Assembly (NCBI GenBank): GCA_000091205.1
Contig: AP006492.2
Source of the DNA: Cyanidioschyzon merolae
Lineage: Eukaryota
Strand: one strand, 5' to 3'
Length of the DNA: 64,000 nt
The notes below the pieces were generated by a model that had not been told where the DNA came from, did not search any database, and was given only the letters and a program-made list of their open reading frames with translations. Position numbers and translations under genes: made by a program. Below are positions 11,422 to 23,440 of the stretch, in pieces; position 1 is the stretch's first letter, and each line of letters opens with the position of its first letter.

Positions 11422-12843
11422 TTGAAAGACGACAACCAGCACGCACACACAGCGCATGGCGCTGCAGCAGCGCTTCATTCATATCCTCTACAATTTGAGA
11501 GGATAGGGACACACTGTATCGCGACGCTCGCATCGGCACAGACGGTACGCGCACACACGCGCGTATCAAGCGGACACGCCCGCTTCGCTTGGCTTATGCC
11601 GCGCATGTGCAGCGAGTCGGGGGCATTGTTTCGCGCACCAACGGCTTTCGCGACGCCGTGTGCTCTGAATAGTGTTCAGCGCCCAAGTAGACAGCTTCGC
11701 TCGAAGGTAACTGACGACTCCAACTGGCCTCCTCAGAAGGCTTGGGTATCGGCGCACCGCTTGCCACGGTTCTCGTGGCGCAGGCGTTTCGAGCGACCCT
11801 TGGCAGGAACACAGAGTCCGCGTACACTCCATAATTCACTTGAATTGACAGCCTGCATGCACGGTGAGGCATCAGCGCCCGATCGGAAAGGTGCAACGAT
11901 GTCAGCGGTGGGTTTCATCGGCCTGGGCATCATGGGAAGCGGTATGGCGCGCAACCTGTTTCGGGCCGGTCACAGTCTCTACGTCTGGAATAGGACGCGG
12001 AGTGCGGCGGAAGCGTTTGCGAAAGAGCTTGTAAACGAGCAGTGCGGGGAAAGCAAGGGATATTCTTCTGGAAATGCGCAGGTGCACGTGGCGGACTCAC
12101 CGAGATCCGTTGCAGGTGCCTGCAACGTGATATACTCGATGCTGTCTACGCCGGAAGCCGCGCTTTCCGTTCATCTCGACGCTGAACGAGGGACGGTGCA
12201 GGAGCTCGGCCCCCAGAAGATGCTGATAGAATGTTCAACGCTAGATGTGAGTACCATGGAACGACTGAGCGAGGCGGTGCATCAACGAGGGGCACTCTTT
12301 TTGGAGGCGCCTGTTAGCGGCTCCAAAGTGCCAGCACAAACTGGAACCCTTATCTTTCTATGCAGCGGTGACCGGGCAGCCTACGATCGCGTTGCATCCA
12401 GCGGTCTCGATGTCATGGGCAAAGCTTCCTTCTTCCTCGGTGAGCGGTGCGGAGTGGGCACCAAGATGAAAATTGTGGTGAATATGATCATGGGTTCGAT
12501 GATGGTGGCACTCGCTGAGGGTGCTAGCCTCGCCGAGTCGTGCGGGCTCTCGACGGAGACCCTGAACGAGATCCTCGGACTTGGTGCCATGAACAGCCCG
12601 CTCTTTAGCATGAAGCTGCCAAACATGATTTCCAGCCAATACGAAGCGCATTTCCCTCTGAAGCACCAACAGAAAGACCTCCGATTTGCGATTTCCCTCG
12701 GTGACGAAATGGAGCAGTGGCTGCCGCTCTCAGCCATTGCGAACGAAGTCTTCAAAGCGGCACAAGCGAGTGGCTTTGGAGATTACGATTTCTCCGCGGT
12801 TGTCGAGGCTTTGCGGAACAAGAAACGACGCCCATCAAACTGA
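11422..12843 (+). CDS. NAD(P)-dependent beta-hydroxyacid dehydrogenase (3-hydroxyisobutyrate dehydrogenase / glyoxylate-succinic semialdehyde reductase family). The catalytic domain starts near 11893 (MSAVGFIGLG), and the upstream part of the ORF may be a targeting peptide or non-coding.
   Basis: Rossmann motif GFIGLGIMGSGMARNL, LEAPVSGSKVPAQTGTL, catalytic-lysine region GVGTKMKIVVNMIMGSMM, C-terminal 6PGDH-like helical domain. Confidence 0.8.
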   Translation: MKDDNQHAHTAHGAAAALHSYPLQFERIGTHCIATLASAQTVRAHTRVSSGHARFAWLMPRMCSESGALFRAPTAFATPCALNSVQRPSRQLRSKVTDDSNWPPQKAWVSAHRLPRFSWRRRFERPLAGTQSPRTLHNSLELTACMHGEASAPDRKGATMSAVGFIGLGIMGSGMARNLFRAGHSLYVWNRTRSAAEAFAKELVNEQCGESKGYSSGNAQVHVADSPRSVAGACNVIYSMLSTPEAALSVHLDAERGTVQELGPQKMLIECSTLDVSTMERLSEAVHQRGALFLEAPVSGSKVPAQTGTLIFLCSGDRAAYDRVASSGLDVMGKASFFLGERCGVGTKMKIVVNMIMGSMMVALAEGASLAESCGLSTETLNEILGLGAMNSPLFSMKLPNMISSQYEAHFPLKHQQKDLRFAISLGDEMEQWLPLSAIANEVFKAAQASGFGDYDFSAVVEALRNKKRRPSN

Positions 12844-12908
12844 CGAGGACACATTTATGCTACGTAACGCTGTTCTCGGATACCAAGGCCCTTCCATTGA
12901 GAGCGACC

Positions 12909-14489
12909 CTATTTAGCTCCTTGCATCCAGCTGACAAAATTTGCAAATTCGCGCAGATGGTGCTTTTCCAGCAGTTCGGGTGTGAGGCGCAAATACGTAA
13001 AGCCGCAGAGCGTCTTTCTCGTCTCCGCCTTGCGGCCAAAAGGTAAGGATATGCCCCAGGAGGATGGTTTCGCTTGAGCGACGATCTGCTTGTACGCTTT
13101 GCGATCGTAACGCGGGAGCGCATTCTCAGCCGCGAGCGCAACGCCGTGCTTCTGGGCAGCGATGCGGACGCGATTGACGAGGCCCTCGGGACTGCATTTT
13201 CCCTCACGCTGCTCGCTATCGCGCATCTCGTAGCAGGTGAAATTCCAGATGATGCCATGTTTGCGCAGCAGTGCTGCAATCCCATCGTACATGGTCCAGG
13301 GGTCATCGGCGGTGTGATAATAGCCAGCCGTCATCTCGGCCGCGTGGCTTGGCGTTTTGAACCACCAATGGATACCGGCGACTTTGATCCCCAGGCGGAC
13401 GCGCCGATCTGCAATGTACGAATGGAAGCATTTGTTGGCAACGACTAAAACACGCTCACCATGTTCCAGTAGCTTGCTTCCGTACCACTTGAGAAAGAAG
13501 CGGCCAGCCGGTGTGGCATACAATGAGCGGAAAAACTCCGACTGATCCGGAGTGTCGCAATACGATCCGGCGGTATCGCGTGGTGGGATGCATTTGCGAA
13601 TCTCATCCTCGGAAAACTTCTGGTTTGCGAGCGCTTTCTCCAGATCTTTCATCAGAAAAGTATCATAACACTGGAACTCGCCGATTCCGGGGAATTTCCA
13701 CTTCCCGTCAGTGAGCGGATACGATGGATAACGTAGTTCGCTGGCGGGACCCATGCCAATGTGCACCTCGTGAATCACTGTACCGAAAAATTCGTCTCCA
13801 AAGTCTTTCACGAAAGCATTCATAAACTCCTCGTAACATTGAAGCGGGGAGCGCATCTCCACTTGTGCGCTGGCCGCTGGTGCTTCGGTTTCAGCCGAAG
13901 CCTGTGCGTCCGTCGCTGGTGAAGACGCATCTTGCCCAGATGCGGCCTGCTGCTCCGAGTTCGCAGCGGCGCTCTGTACTGGGAAAAGCGGTTCCTCGTC
14001 GGCCCCACACGATATGTACTCCTCGCTCATGTAGCCGTGCCGATCCATGTACAAGATCACTTTATTCTCTTTCTCTTTTAGTTCACGGGCACGTGCCAGC
14101 ACCCATTCGGGTAACCCGTAGGTAACGGAGTCGCCGACGTTCCCGCCGCACTTGTGAAAGCCCAGCACCACTTGACACTTGACGCCCAGTCGCTGGCACA
14201 TGGAAAACAGCGCTCGATAGCGATCCTCGCACCAGGTGTACTTCCGCGGCTCCTGTTCACAAAGACCCCACCAGAGATCCACCATGAACCCGGCGCACTT
14301 ACTGGCGCCAGCCACGTGCGGGATCGTCTGCTCGACTAGACGGCGACAATCGTTCTCATCCATGGTCGGGAACTCCAACGGAAGCATCACGTAGATGGGC
14401 ACGCTGTCGACAACGCGACTGAAAGATCGAAGGATGTTCCAGGTTCTTTGCATCTTTGGCGTTGTTTGGAAGCAGCTGTGTGTATGCAA
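12909..14489 (-). CDS. Beta-amylase (glycoside hydrolase family 14)
   Basis: The 526-aa ORF carries the GH14 signatures VYVMLPL, HKCGGNVGDSVTYGLPEWV and GMGPASELRYPSYP. It contains an Ala/Ser/Gln-rich low-complexity insertion. Confidence 0.9.
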   Translation of the reverse strand: MHTHSCFQTTPKMQRTWNILRSFSRVVDSVPIYVMLPLEFPTMDENDCRRLVEQTIPHVAGASKCAGFMVDLWWGLCEQEPRKYTWCEDRYRALFSMCQRLGVKCQVVLGFHKCGGNVGDSVTYGLPEWVLARARELKEKENKVILYMDRHGYMSEEYISCGADEEPLFPVQSAAANSEQQAASGQDASSPATDAQASAETEAPAASAQVEMRSPLQCYEEFMNAFVKDFGDEFFGTVIHEVHIGMGPASELRYPSYPLTDGKWKFPGIGEFQCYDTFLMKDLEKALANQKFSEDEIRKCIPPRDTAGSYCDTPDQSEFFRSLYATPAGRFFLKWYGSKLLEHGERVLVVANKCFHSYIADRRVRLGIKVAGIHWWFKTPSHAAEMTAGYYHTADDPWTMYDGIAALLRKHGIIWNFTCYEMRDSEQREGKCSPEGLVNRVRIAAQKHGVALAAENALPRYDRKAYKQIVAQAKPSSWGISLPFGRKAETRKTLCGFTYLRLTPELLEKHHLREFANFVSWMQGAK

Positions 14490-14670
14490 GCGCTACGCGA
14501 CTAGAGGAGTGAGCGCGTGCTCCGCAACAACAGCAACAGCAGCAGCAGCAGTAGCAGGCAATGTTGAACGCTCGCCATGGCGCACCTGGCACGGCGCATC
14601 GAATGTGTGGTGTGCTGCGCTCGAGTTCGTGTCGCCATAGATTTTTTTCTTTTTTTCATGGAGAGGACGT

Positions 14671-14696
14671 TTACTTAGGCCAGCGTTCTCCGAGTG
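14671..14696 (+). promoter_or_regulatory. 26-nt motif TTACTTAGGCCAGCGTTCTCCGAGTG about 180 bp upstream of the beta-amylase start codon (gene on the minus strand); second copy at 49700-49725
   Basis: 24/26 identity with 49700-49725 (TTACTTAGGCCAGCGTTTTCCGATTG). Both copies have the same orientation, both are flanked by T-runs on the plus strand, and both lie in the 5' flank of a minus-strand gene. Confidence 0.4.
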
Positions 14697-16424
14697 TGCG
14701 CATTTTTCTTTTCTTACTTTTTCTTGTGTTTTTTTTCAGTGCGAGGTGAGTGTCGCCATGGACGGCGTGCAGCAGCGATCTGGCGCAGGCTGGCGCATAA
14801 CGTTTCAGAGAGCATACGCTGCACGACTGTGGTGTTTGTACAGAACGAACGACCTATGTCAGAAGGAAACCGGCACTGTACGAATCGATGAGTTCATTTG
14901 TTGGTTGAGCGCGTGAGCAACAGCAATAGCAGCAGCTGCGGCGGCTGCGGCGGGGGCGAGAATGCGCCAGTGATCATGACGGGTACCCGGCTACGCAACA
15001 GAGCGAGAAGAATCAAGAGTGAGTTCACGAGGTATTCTATGTTTGTGTAGACGGTGCGAGAACAGTCGCAGGTATACCACAGAGTACGAGTCGACAAGAA
15101 GCAAACAGGTTGACTACGAGGCACTCGTTGAGGTCGTGGAGGCGGCACGCATAAACCCTGGTATCGCCCGGGGTATAATCGTAGTTTTGGTGTACAGCGG
15201 CGTGCAGCATCCCGCGTCCAAGTTCGAAACCGCAGCCACTGAGAACGAGATTCTGCCGAACCGCTCTACTGTGCTTGTTTCTAGACAGGTATACGTCGCC
15301 AGACGGTATGGTCCCGGAGCTCCCGTTCGAGGCGTCACAGCGATATCTGCCTGGTTTATTCCGACGGATGCTGTGGGGAAAACGTCCGTATCTACGGATC
15401 ATCATGAAGGTAACGCGGGTGTCCGGCCTGGGATCGTCTCTGTGGCTGCATTCGTGCATGCATTGATGCATGGACGCATAACGCCACAGTGCTGCGGACG
15501 TTGTGGCAACGTCACGGCACGCAACAAACGCAGGCTAGGAGTACTGCGGAGGTTCATACGTCGTCGAACAGCCACATTGCCTCGCTAGATAGGTCGATAT
15601 GACACCATCCTCTGGTCGAGGTAGGTGTCACACGGATGCAGCGAGCGCGCACTAGAACGATTGGAGTGCAGCTGCCGTGCTATGATCGATGCTGGTGCGA
15701 GCGCGCCTCGAGCTTCTGCAACCATGTCTGAGCGGATACAAAACTAGGTATGGATGCACAGGTGATGGGCGTCGCTGGCGCTGCTGTGCGGCGCGAGAGG
15801 CGGGTGCTGTTTGAGTGCGTCGGGGGCGAATCCAGATGTCAATTCACAGTAAGCAGCAATGCCGGATAGCTCGCACGCCATCGACAATGTTCACACTCTA
15901 TGTCTGTGAATGCGTCTCCCGTGTCCGGTTTAGAGGGCTCAAGCCTCGACACGACGCTCACCGGGCATGTAGGATGCTCTCCTGAATCGCTGCTAGAACT
16001 GAAACTGGTTCTGTAGCGGGCGCTGGTGCGCCAGCACTGTCTGACGGCACCGGTGCCTCGAAACAGAACCATCCGCAACGTCCAACAGCGAAGCAAACTC
16101 GTGTGTAATTTGCCTCGCTCTTGGTTTGCACCGGGAGCATCGATTTTCATGCGAGCATAGGCTAGGCTCGCCGGAGAGCGACACCGTCACTCTTTGCAAA
16201 TCGCGCATCTATAGGGGATACAGCATCGTCCATTGTGGAAAAGGGCGATCATGAGATCCGCGACTTGAAGTGCGTCCTGTGCCAAATGTTCGGAACGCGC
16301 TACCCTGTGAACGCAGCTGACGCGCCGGTGTCTCGATGTTGATGGTCACTTTAGGGCATGCCTTGTGATGACACCGCATGCGTGAAGCACCGAGAGAATG
16401 CTAGTGTGCGAGCATACAAGCCGC

Positions 16425-17027
16425 CTAGTCTTCGCGCTCGGTAGGTCCGGTTTCGGGGAGCGTCCCTCGGAAGGGATTTTCCTGTTTCCGGTACGTGTCA
16501 TAGACAGCAATCCCCGCAGGGTGGCGCGACTCGAACTCTTCGATGAACATTTCCAGCCCGCTAACCGGAGCCAAAGCACCTACAACACCACGAGGTATCC
16601 GATGACGAGCCGGCGGCGGCGGCGGCGCCCGTACACTTCGAGGAGGAGCCATACCGCGCTCCGTCGCTAGGGAGCAAGTCAGTGACTCTGCAGCGGTTCG
16701 ACGCACACTCGTGATGCGCAGGATCTGTTCGTCTAAGCGGAGCTGGTGCTGGACTTGCGGTAGCGCCTGCGGAAAAAGAAAAGCTCCGCACTCTACAAAG
16801 CTAGCAGCAACGTGCTTCTCCCGCGTCGGGCCTCGAAGTTTCTGGGGTAAGGGCCTTGCCGCCGCCTCGTACAGTCCAGCGGGTGTGAACGCCGACGGCA
16901 GTGCACGCAAGCGAGTCACAATGCCGCCCGCATCCATAAAACGAAGCACAATCCTTTTCAGTAGCTCATGAAGCTCTCCTCGCCCCAGACGTGAATCAAT
17001 CAACATAAGCGTTTCATAGTACGGCAT
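16425..17027 (-). CDS. Mitochondrial ribosomal protein S6-like
   Basis: The N-terminus MPYYETLMLID...ELHELLKRIVLRFMDAGGIVTRLRALPSAFTP parallels animal MRPS6 (MPRYELALIL...[28 protein letters not shown]). The C-terminal extension is Pro-rich. Confidence 0.5.
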   Translation of the reverse strand: MPYYETLMLIDSRLGRGELHELLKRIVLRFMDAGGIVTRLRALPSAFTPAGLYEAAARPLPQKLRGPTREKHVAASFVECGAFLFPQALPQVQHQLRLDEQILRITSVRRTAAESLTCSLATERGMAPPRSVRAPPPPPARHRIPRGVVGALAPVSGLEMFIEEFESRHPAGIAVYDTYRKQENPFRGTLPETGPTERED

Positions 17028-17334
17028 GGAGGAGGTGTGTCACCGAGTTCGCAGCACCAATTCGCGACTTGATGCTTCTGTTACGACGACGCCACGACGC
17101 GTTTCAACTGCTTGCCGCTGTAAGTGCTGCTGTGGAAATGCTCTGGGTAACCAGAATATAGACCCCGGAGCCTCTTCAGAAGCGTTCCGCTGAACGCAGC
17201 GAGCACACCCCTGCAGTACAGTGTAGTGCAGCGGCACAGACGGGAGAGCGATACCGCGCAGGGCGCCTGGCGGTACGTGGCGCGCCTCTGCGTACTGTAG
17301 GCACCGGTGCAGCGTTCGCTGCTCCAGGTCGAAC

Positions 17335-19959
17335 ATGGACCCGCTCTGCAGCGAATGGAACGGGAATAATAGCATGGATTTTCTGAAAAACTTGACCAAG
17401 GAGCAGTCGGTTGTGGTCCGGGCGCCATTGGAGCGCTCTCTACTCATTGCTGCGAGCCCAGGAGCCGGCAAGACGCATACGCTCTTGAGTCGGTTGGCGT
17501 TTCTTCTCTTGAGCGGAAAGCTGGAACCTGGGGAATTTGTTTTCTTCACTTTCAGCCGTGCTGGAATCGAAGAGGCTAGGAGTCGCCTTGAGAAGCACGC
17601 AGCTATCGAACCGCTCGTTAGAAGTGCACGAACGACGTTTCAGCAGGCGTTCCAGACGCTGCACAGCTTCGGTAGGCGGCTCGTGGAAAGCACCGCGGCA
17701 CCCGTTCTCGAGCGTACCTGCCAACGGCGAACGTTCATGAACGTCATATCGCAAACGCAAAAGCGGGCGATACTGCGCGAGGCAATAGAGCGTTATCGCC
17801 AAAGGCTCCAGACGAACTGGGATCGACTTCCGTCCTGCACCCAGCCCCTGTTTCATCAACTTGAGCTCAGCGCACTGGAGAGCGACGATGCCGGCGCCGA
17901 AATGGCGAAAGGTGCCAAGTCATCGGACGACCGTCTGGTAAAAGAGATTTCCGTTCAAATCGCTGAACGCAAAGCGAGGTTCATCTCGCCACCGACATTG
18001 GAACAAGTCGATAGCGCTGCGTTCCAGTGGCCTCTGCTCGACTTTGTGTACGCCCTGTACGAGTGCTGGTTGCAGCATCTGAACTGCATCGATTTCGACG
18101 ATATGATCGTTATGGCTGTACGCATCCTGGAGACGCAAGCAAATCCGCCGCATCTATTCCCGCGAGGCCTGCGCCTCATCCTCATTGATGAATTTCAGGA
18201 CACGAGCGCGAGCCAGTTGCGTCTGGTGCGTGCGCTCGCCAAACGCTACGCTTGCACTGTCTGTGCTGCTGGCGACGACGACCAGTGCATCTACGAGTGG
18301 CGACAAGCCCGGCCTCAGTTTATGACAGAATTTACGCGCTTTTTCCCCGATGCAGCAGTCATGTTCCTGCGGGAGAGCATTCGCTGTCCCGTGAATATCG
18401 CCTGTTGCGCAAATGCGTTGATCCAGCACAATACGCGTCGGCTCTGCAAGAGCATTGAACCGCTACCCGGATACGAGCAACTGCGGGTACGGATTATTCT
18501 GGGGCGTTGCGTTGAAGATGAGGTTGCGTATCTTGGACAGGAGCTTGTAAGATTGCACACGGAAAACGGGGTTGCCTGGAAGGATATGGCAGTGTTATGC
18601 CGCGTTGCACAGCCACTGGAGACGCTCCGCAAGTTGCTCCGCGAGCGCGACATCCCCTATGCTGGTGCCGAGCAGTCCAAGACAGTAGCTCGTAATCCGC
18701 AAAATGAGTACGGCATTCGCATGCCCGCGAGCAACCTCGATCATGCCTGGCGAGAAACGCTCATTCTGGCCAGTCCTTTGGTTAGTATGATCACGCTTCT
18801 GGTGAACGAGTACGATTTGCATTCGCTCGATGACGCCTGCAAGGCCTATGCGCCTTCTATGCATGCGCTCACCAGGACGTGCGTAATCGATGAGGCTCGC
18901 AAGCGCCGCAACATGCCGTTGATGCGGGTTGTGCAGTACATGGTCGAGAACGCCCAGGAATTCTTCGAGGGCGTCCCTGATCGCAATACGATGCCCATCA
19001 ACGTATCGCAGAACGCCAAAGCGAACTTTGTGCAAGCATCTGTCGCGCCTGGCAGGCTCGCGCCGGGTTTCAAACGTGTGTCGGAACCTGCACCCGATGC
19101 ATATCGTCCAAAACTCAGTCAGGGTCAGTGGAAAGCGTGCCGCGTGCTTCTCGCGGCATACGAGCGGCTGCTCGTCATTGCACGGGATCTGGGTCCCGAA
19201 ATCCGACTCGAGCGCATGCTGGAGGTCGCTCTGGAATTGCTGCCTGCTTCCGCTCCACAACATGGATGGAGCATTACGAACGATACGCGTCGCCTTCTTC
19301 GGCATCTTGCTCATCATGTCGATGAAGAAGCCCGTACCCGATGGGAATGGGCTTCAGGAGCTGCAGCGCTCCCGTCTCCGTCTCCATCTGCTGGGCCTGA
19401 TGCCGGTATATCCAACAATTACGGGACGGACGAGGAGCAACGGTGTTCGTTGCAGCCTGCCGCCGACTCGAGCAGCAAGCTACTCTACGGTGCACTCGCA
19501 AGGCGAAGACGGTGCACGCCCTTGGCACGGAACGAGTTGGGCATTCGATCGAGTGCCAGTCATCACGAAAAGGACTCGTGGCGCAAGCCTCTGCGTCAGC
19601 TACTGCTCTGTCTGCAGGATGCATGGCAGGAAGGCACTCGTGCATTCGCCCATGCTCGTCGCAAAGTGCCGCTAGATGCAGTCGCTGTATCTACGATACA
19701 CAACGCCAAAGGCAGAGAGTGGCCTTTTGTATTCATTTTGCGTGCGGTCCAGGGATCGTGCCCGTTGCTCTACCCGGAAGTCGATCTGGAGGAAGAGCGA
19801 CGCGTGTTCTACGTCGGGTTGACGCGGGCCCGCCAACAGTGCACGATCCTCGCGAGCGAACCGCAGACAGGCAAGCAGCAAGATCCGCAGCAGCAGCCAT
19901 CTATATTCCTCGATGAGCTCTCTGCGCCTCACTGCGAGCGGATACAATGGCGTCCAGTT

Positions 19960-19995
<36 letters not shown>

Positions 19996-20088
19996 GCCCG
20001 AAAAAGAGCAACTCCCGCCGGGCACGCGTCAGCGAAACGAGAACGGATCGCGGGTGCCTCGATACCTTCAGCACCAAAGAAGCCCTGA
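17335..20088 (+). CDS. UvrD/Rep/Srs2-type superfamily-1 DNA helicase (917 aa) with C-terminal poly-Gln tract
   Basis: Walker A LIAASPGAGKTHTLLSRLAFLL; motif II LILIDEFQDTSASQ (the DEFQDT form is characteristic of UvrD-like helicases); TIHNAKGREWPFVFI; VFYVGLTRARQQ. The (CAG)12 tract at 19958-19993 encodes Q11. Confidence 0.85.
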
Positions 20089-20343
20089 ACCGAACAGTTG
20101 CTTCCTCGAGCGGTGCACGCAGCACACCTAGCATTGCTGCGGCTGAAATGTACTCGTTCGACATCACCGAATATGCCATCAGAATGCATGCACTGTGTAG
20201 ACGCATCTTTTTGGGATCATGTGCGTATCTCGGGGATCGTGATTGCCACCCAGGGAACGCGTAGAGCAGCCCCAAATAGCTTCGGAAATCAACGAGCAAT
20301 GCAGATGCGCTCAAACCTGAATCCGGTCAGTGATGCGGAAAGA

Positions 20344-21735
20344 TCAAGCTCTCACCAAGTCCAAGAGAAATTGTGCCAGCGGAATCTTGGATTCCTCCGT
20401 GATCAGGTGTGCCCCGGTGAGCTCAATTGCAGGGATACCGAGCGCTTCTGCGAACGCTCGACACGCACGAGGTCGAGTAAGCGGATCATCACGGCCATAG
20501 AGGAGCATCGCTTTCTCTGGAATCCGCACGCGCAGTCGCTCCAAGTCCGCTCGCGTCAGTCGATAGACTTGAACTGCATGCAACTGGCCCAATGAACCAT
20601 ATGCGTTCAGCGGGTCAGCGTTTCTCCCTGAGGAATGCCGAACGTCGGCGATCTCATCCCAGGCTCTAAAACGCTCGAGTGATTCGGCAGTGTAGTTGAA
20701 GAGGTACCATTCGTGCCGGCGAATCGGGCGCGAGTACCGCTTCTTGGGCAAAGCGGATGCCGTCGCAGTCGCAGTTTCCGCACTGCGTCGAATGTGGTGC
20801 AACTCTCCAGCGCTTGGATCGGTCCGTGGAGCATGAAGCAGCGAGCGCTGCGCTGCAGGTTCAAGCGGACTCGCCAGAAACGCGTCACTGAAATGAAGAC
20901 TCAAATCGATAGCCGCACGCTGGGTCAGCAGCCTTAGGCGCTTACGTTCATTCTGCAGCGCCGTCGTGGAGATCGTTGCCGCTCGGATCCACCATAGCCA
21001 GTAGCGAACTGAGGCTCGCACTGCCCGTGCGCTTGGCGGAAACCAGTCCCGAAACCTTCCCTGATGCATGGACAAGAACATGATACCAGACACTTCGAGA
21101 GGCGGGCTTGTCAAAAGCAGATGGCACAAGATCGCGCTCCCGAGCGAGTGCCCTACCAGAAACAGTCGAATGGACGTATTTGCATGAGTCGAATCCAAGG
21201 CCTTCGTGGCTCCAAGCACCTGCTCGAGAACATAGCGCGCATCGTCTGCCAGCGCCTGAGCCGTCCATAACGAAAGGTTCGCTTTTCTCTCTCGAGCACG
21301 CACACAGCGACATATAGGTGCTGGTGGCGGGTACAACTCCGAACCACCAGTGCCGCGATTATCTATCAAGCAAACGAGAGTGCGCCCAACGGAAGTACGG
21401 TTCCCGTTACAGCGCTCAGAGAGCAGCTCGACAAGCGAGAGCCACATGGTATGCGACGCGCCCACGCCTGGCACGAAAGCTACCACACTAGTGGCCGGCG
21501 GTTTTCCGGAATCGACCGCACACTCCGACCAGTTACCGATTTTCACTATGCAAGCGGAGAGGCGGTACGGATCTGGCGGTACGCGCTCCTGGGGCAAACT
21601 CTGCAAACACGTGTCGTTCGAAGCGCCAGAAGCACAAGCTCCGCGTCCTATTTGCCGTCGATAAAATCGGACACAAGCCGGTCCTTGCAAATTATCTATC
21701 CATTTTCCGAGACGTTTCGCTTCCAAATATTCCAT
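20344..21735 (-). CDS. Alpha/beta-hydrolase fold protein (463 aa) with a large lid insertion
   Basis: Nucleophile elbow FLVGHSLGSAIL (G-H-S-L-G), N-terminal VAFVPGVGASHTMW oxyanion-hole region, C-terminal LLYGRDDPLT acid/His region. Confidence 0.7.
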   Translation of the reverse strand: MEYLEAKRLGKWIDNLQGPACVRFYRRQIGRGACASGASNDTCLQSLPQERVPPDPYRLSACIVKIGNWSECAVDSGKPPATSVVAFVPGVGASHTMWLSLVELLSERCNGNRTSVGRTLVCLIDNRGTGGSELYPPPAPICRCVRARERKANLSLWTAQALADDARYVLEQVLGATKALDSTHANTSIRLFLVGHSLGSAILCHLLLTSPPLEVSGIMFLSMHQGRFRDWFPPSARAVRASVRYWLWWIRAATISTTALQNERKRLRLLTQRAAIDLSLHFSDAFLASPLEPAAQRSLLHAPRTDPSAGELHHIRRSAETATATASALPKKRYSRPIRRHEWYLFNYTAESLERFRAWDEIADVRHSSGRNADPLNAYGSLGQLHAVQVYRLTRADLERLRVRIPEKAMLLYGRDDPLTRPRACRAFAEALGIPAIELTGAHLITEESKIPLAQFLLDLVRA

Positions 21736-23440
21736 TTACGGGACAGAATAACCAAGCATTCTGGCTCAGCTTGGGACAAAGTCGGAGCCCAGCGCGTAGC
21801 GACGTGCGCGACCTCAGCGATGCACCTGGCGATCTCGGTGGTTAGCGTCTTTCTACTCAGATTCCTTTCAGGTTTGCTGCGGTGTATCGTACGAGGTCGA
21901 GGTCACGACGAAATGTATTGTATAGATTGTAGGTGAATTGCCTGTAGGATATATGCTTGCCTGAAGCGTGAAAAGAGAACTGCATTCCGGCCTCAGGTAA
22001 GTGATACCATTGTACTCAGATGGTTGAGGAACACGGAAAGAAAGACGTGGATGCGCTTTGAGCCATTAACCGATACGCTTAAAGACTGCAGGCGTTCAAT
22101 GGTAGAAAACGACGCCTTAATGACCTTAGGGGAAGCAAAATTGACGATGATAGTCGCTACGGGCGTCCTTGTGTCTCAACAGCTTGCTCATGTCGTGGTG
22201 ATCATACTGGGATCCAGGCGCCAAAAAGAGAAGAGTTCTGGTACACGCACGACCATTTTCTTCCCAAGTCGGAACGATAATGTTACTGCGACGTCGCGAT
22301 CGATATAAAGCACAGGGTCGTGGATTCCTTTTTGTTTTTCAATCTACGGCACTTGCTTCCCACGAAACCGTCGAGGTACATAGGGGTATTCGCGGAGCAG
22401 GGCGCTCGTTGGCCGTACGATCGAATTCGAAGAGACCGAGGACACCGTCCTCTAATCTATCTGCAGTGGATTCATTCCACGGCGTCAGTTTCTCTCGCAG
22501 GGAAGGCGCATACAATCGCACCCGCTTTGTCGTACTATTGAAGACTTTTCCCTGTCGTCTGGTGACGTTTTCTGTTCGAAAATGTGGTATTTCACCATTC
22601 ATCTTGCGTTTCGGCTTTTGCGGATTCTGCCGGGGTAGGGCTGCTTTTCATTCCTCTGTACGCTCCGAGATTCAACTCCGTCAAAGGAATGTTTTCCATC
22701 TTGATGCGTAGTGGACGCTCCCCTGGCCGAATTGCTCAAGCGTTCAGCACACGGTGACACACGCGGGCACCGCGACACATTTCGTCTTTTTTCAGTAGTC
22801 CTTCTACGTCCGGGGCCGTCCTCATCTAAGGGCATAAAGCAGTGTGTCCAACTAAAGTATTAAAAAATCCAAGGGATGAGCTACGGTGCACACTTCAGAA
22901 CGTCGAGATGGAGACGAGGCAGCGGATCGCCTCGGTGACAGCACAGATCAGAGAGCTGACAGCGCAGCAAATCGCACAGGCAGCACCAGTTCGATGCCTC
23001 CATGAATTGCCCAGATCAACCAGAGGCAATAAATCCATGGAGTTTTAGTACCGAGACTTGGAGGCCTCCACAAGTATCCGACGGTGTGCGGTGCTAAAGA
23101 AAAGACACGCAGAGCTGACAAGCGGAATTTTCGTAGGGCAGCCTCTCAGGCTCGAGGGATACGAGGCCGAAGCTGAACCCCGTCGCAGAAGGCGGGTCTA
23201 AAAATGCTTGGAGATGCCTCCAAGAAGGTGTATACATAAGCGCTACTGTCGTGCGACTTTTTTCTTTGCTTTATCAGTCGTGTGTAGAAGGCAGTCGGGT
23301 CGCTGCATCTCGCCGGTGTCTCGCGCGATTGCTCGCGGCTTTCTGTGGCACGGACGGGCGCTGTGGCGGGCCGCGGAATCCCCAATGGAAATTTGAATTT
23401 TTCCTTCGATTTCTCCTGGAACGTGCTGCTTCCAGAGATC

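Noticed and set aside
16520-16545. T-loop-like GTTCGAGTC on the minus strand
   Set aside because: Flanking bases do not form a T-stem, and the segment lies inside the MRPS6-like coding frame.
22078-22112. tRNA D-arm-like sequence GGCGTTCAATGGTAGAAAACGACGCC
   Set aside because: It folds as a simple hairpin. No matching acceptor stem, anticodon arm or T-arm is found nearby in either colinear or permuted order.
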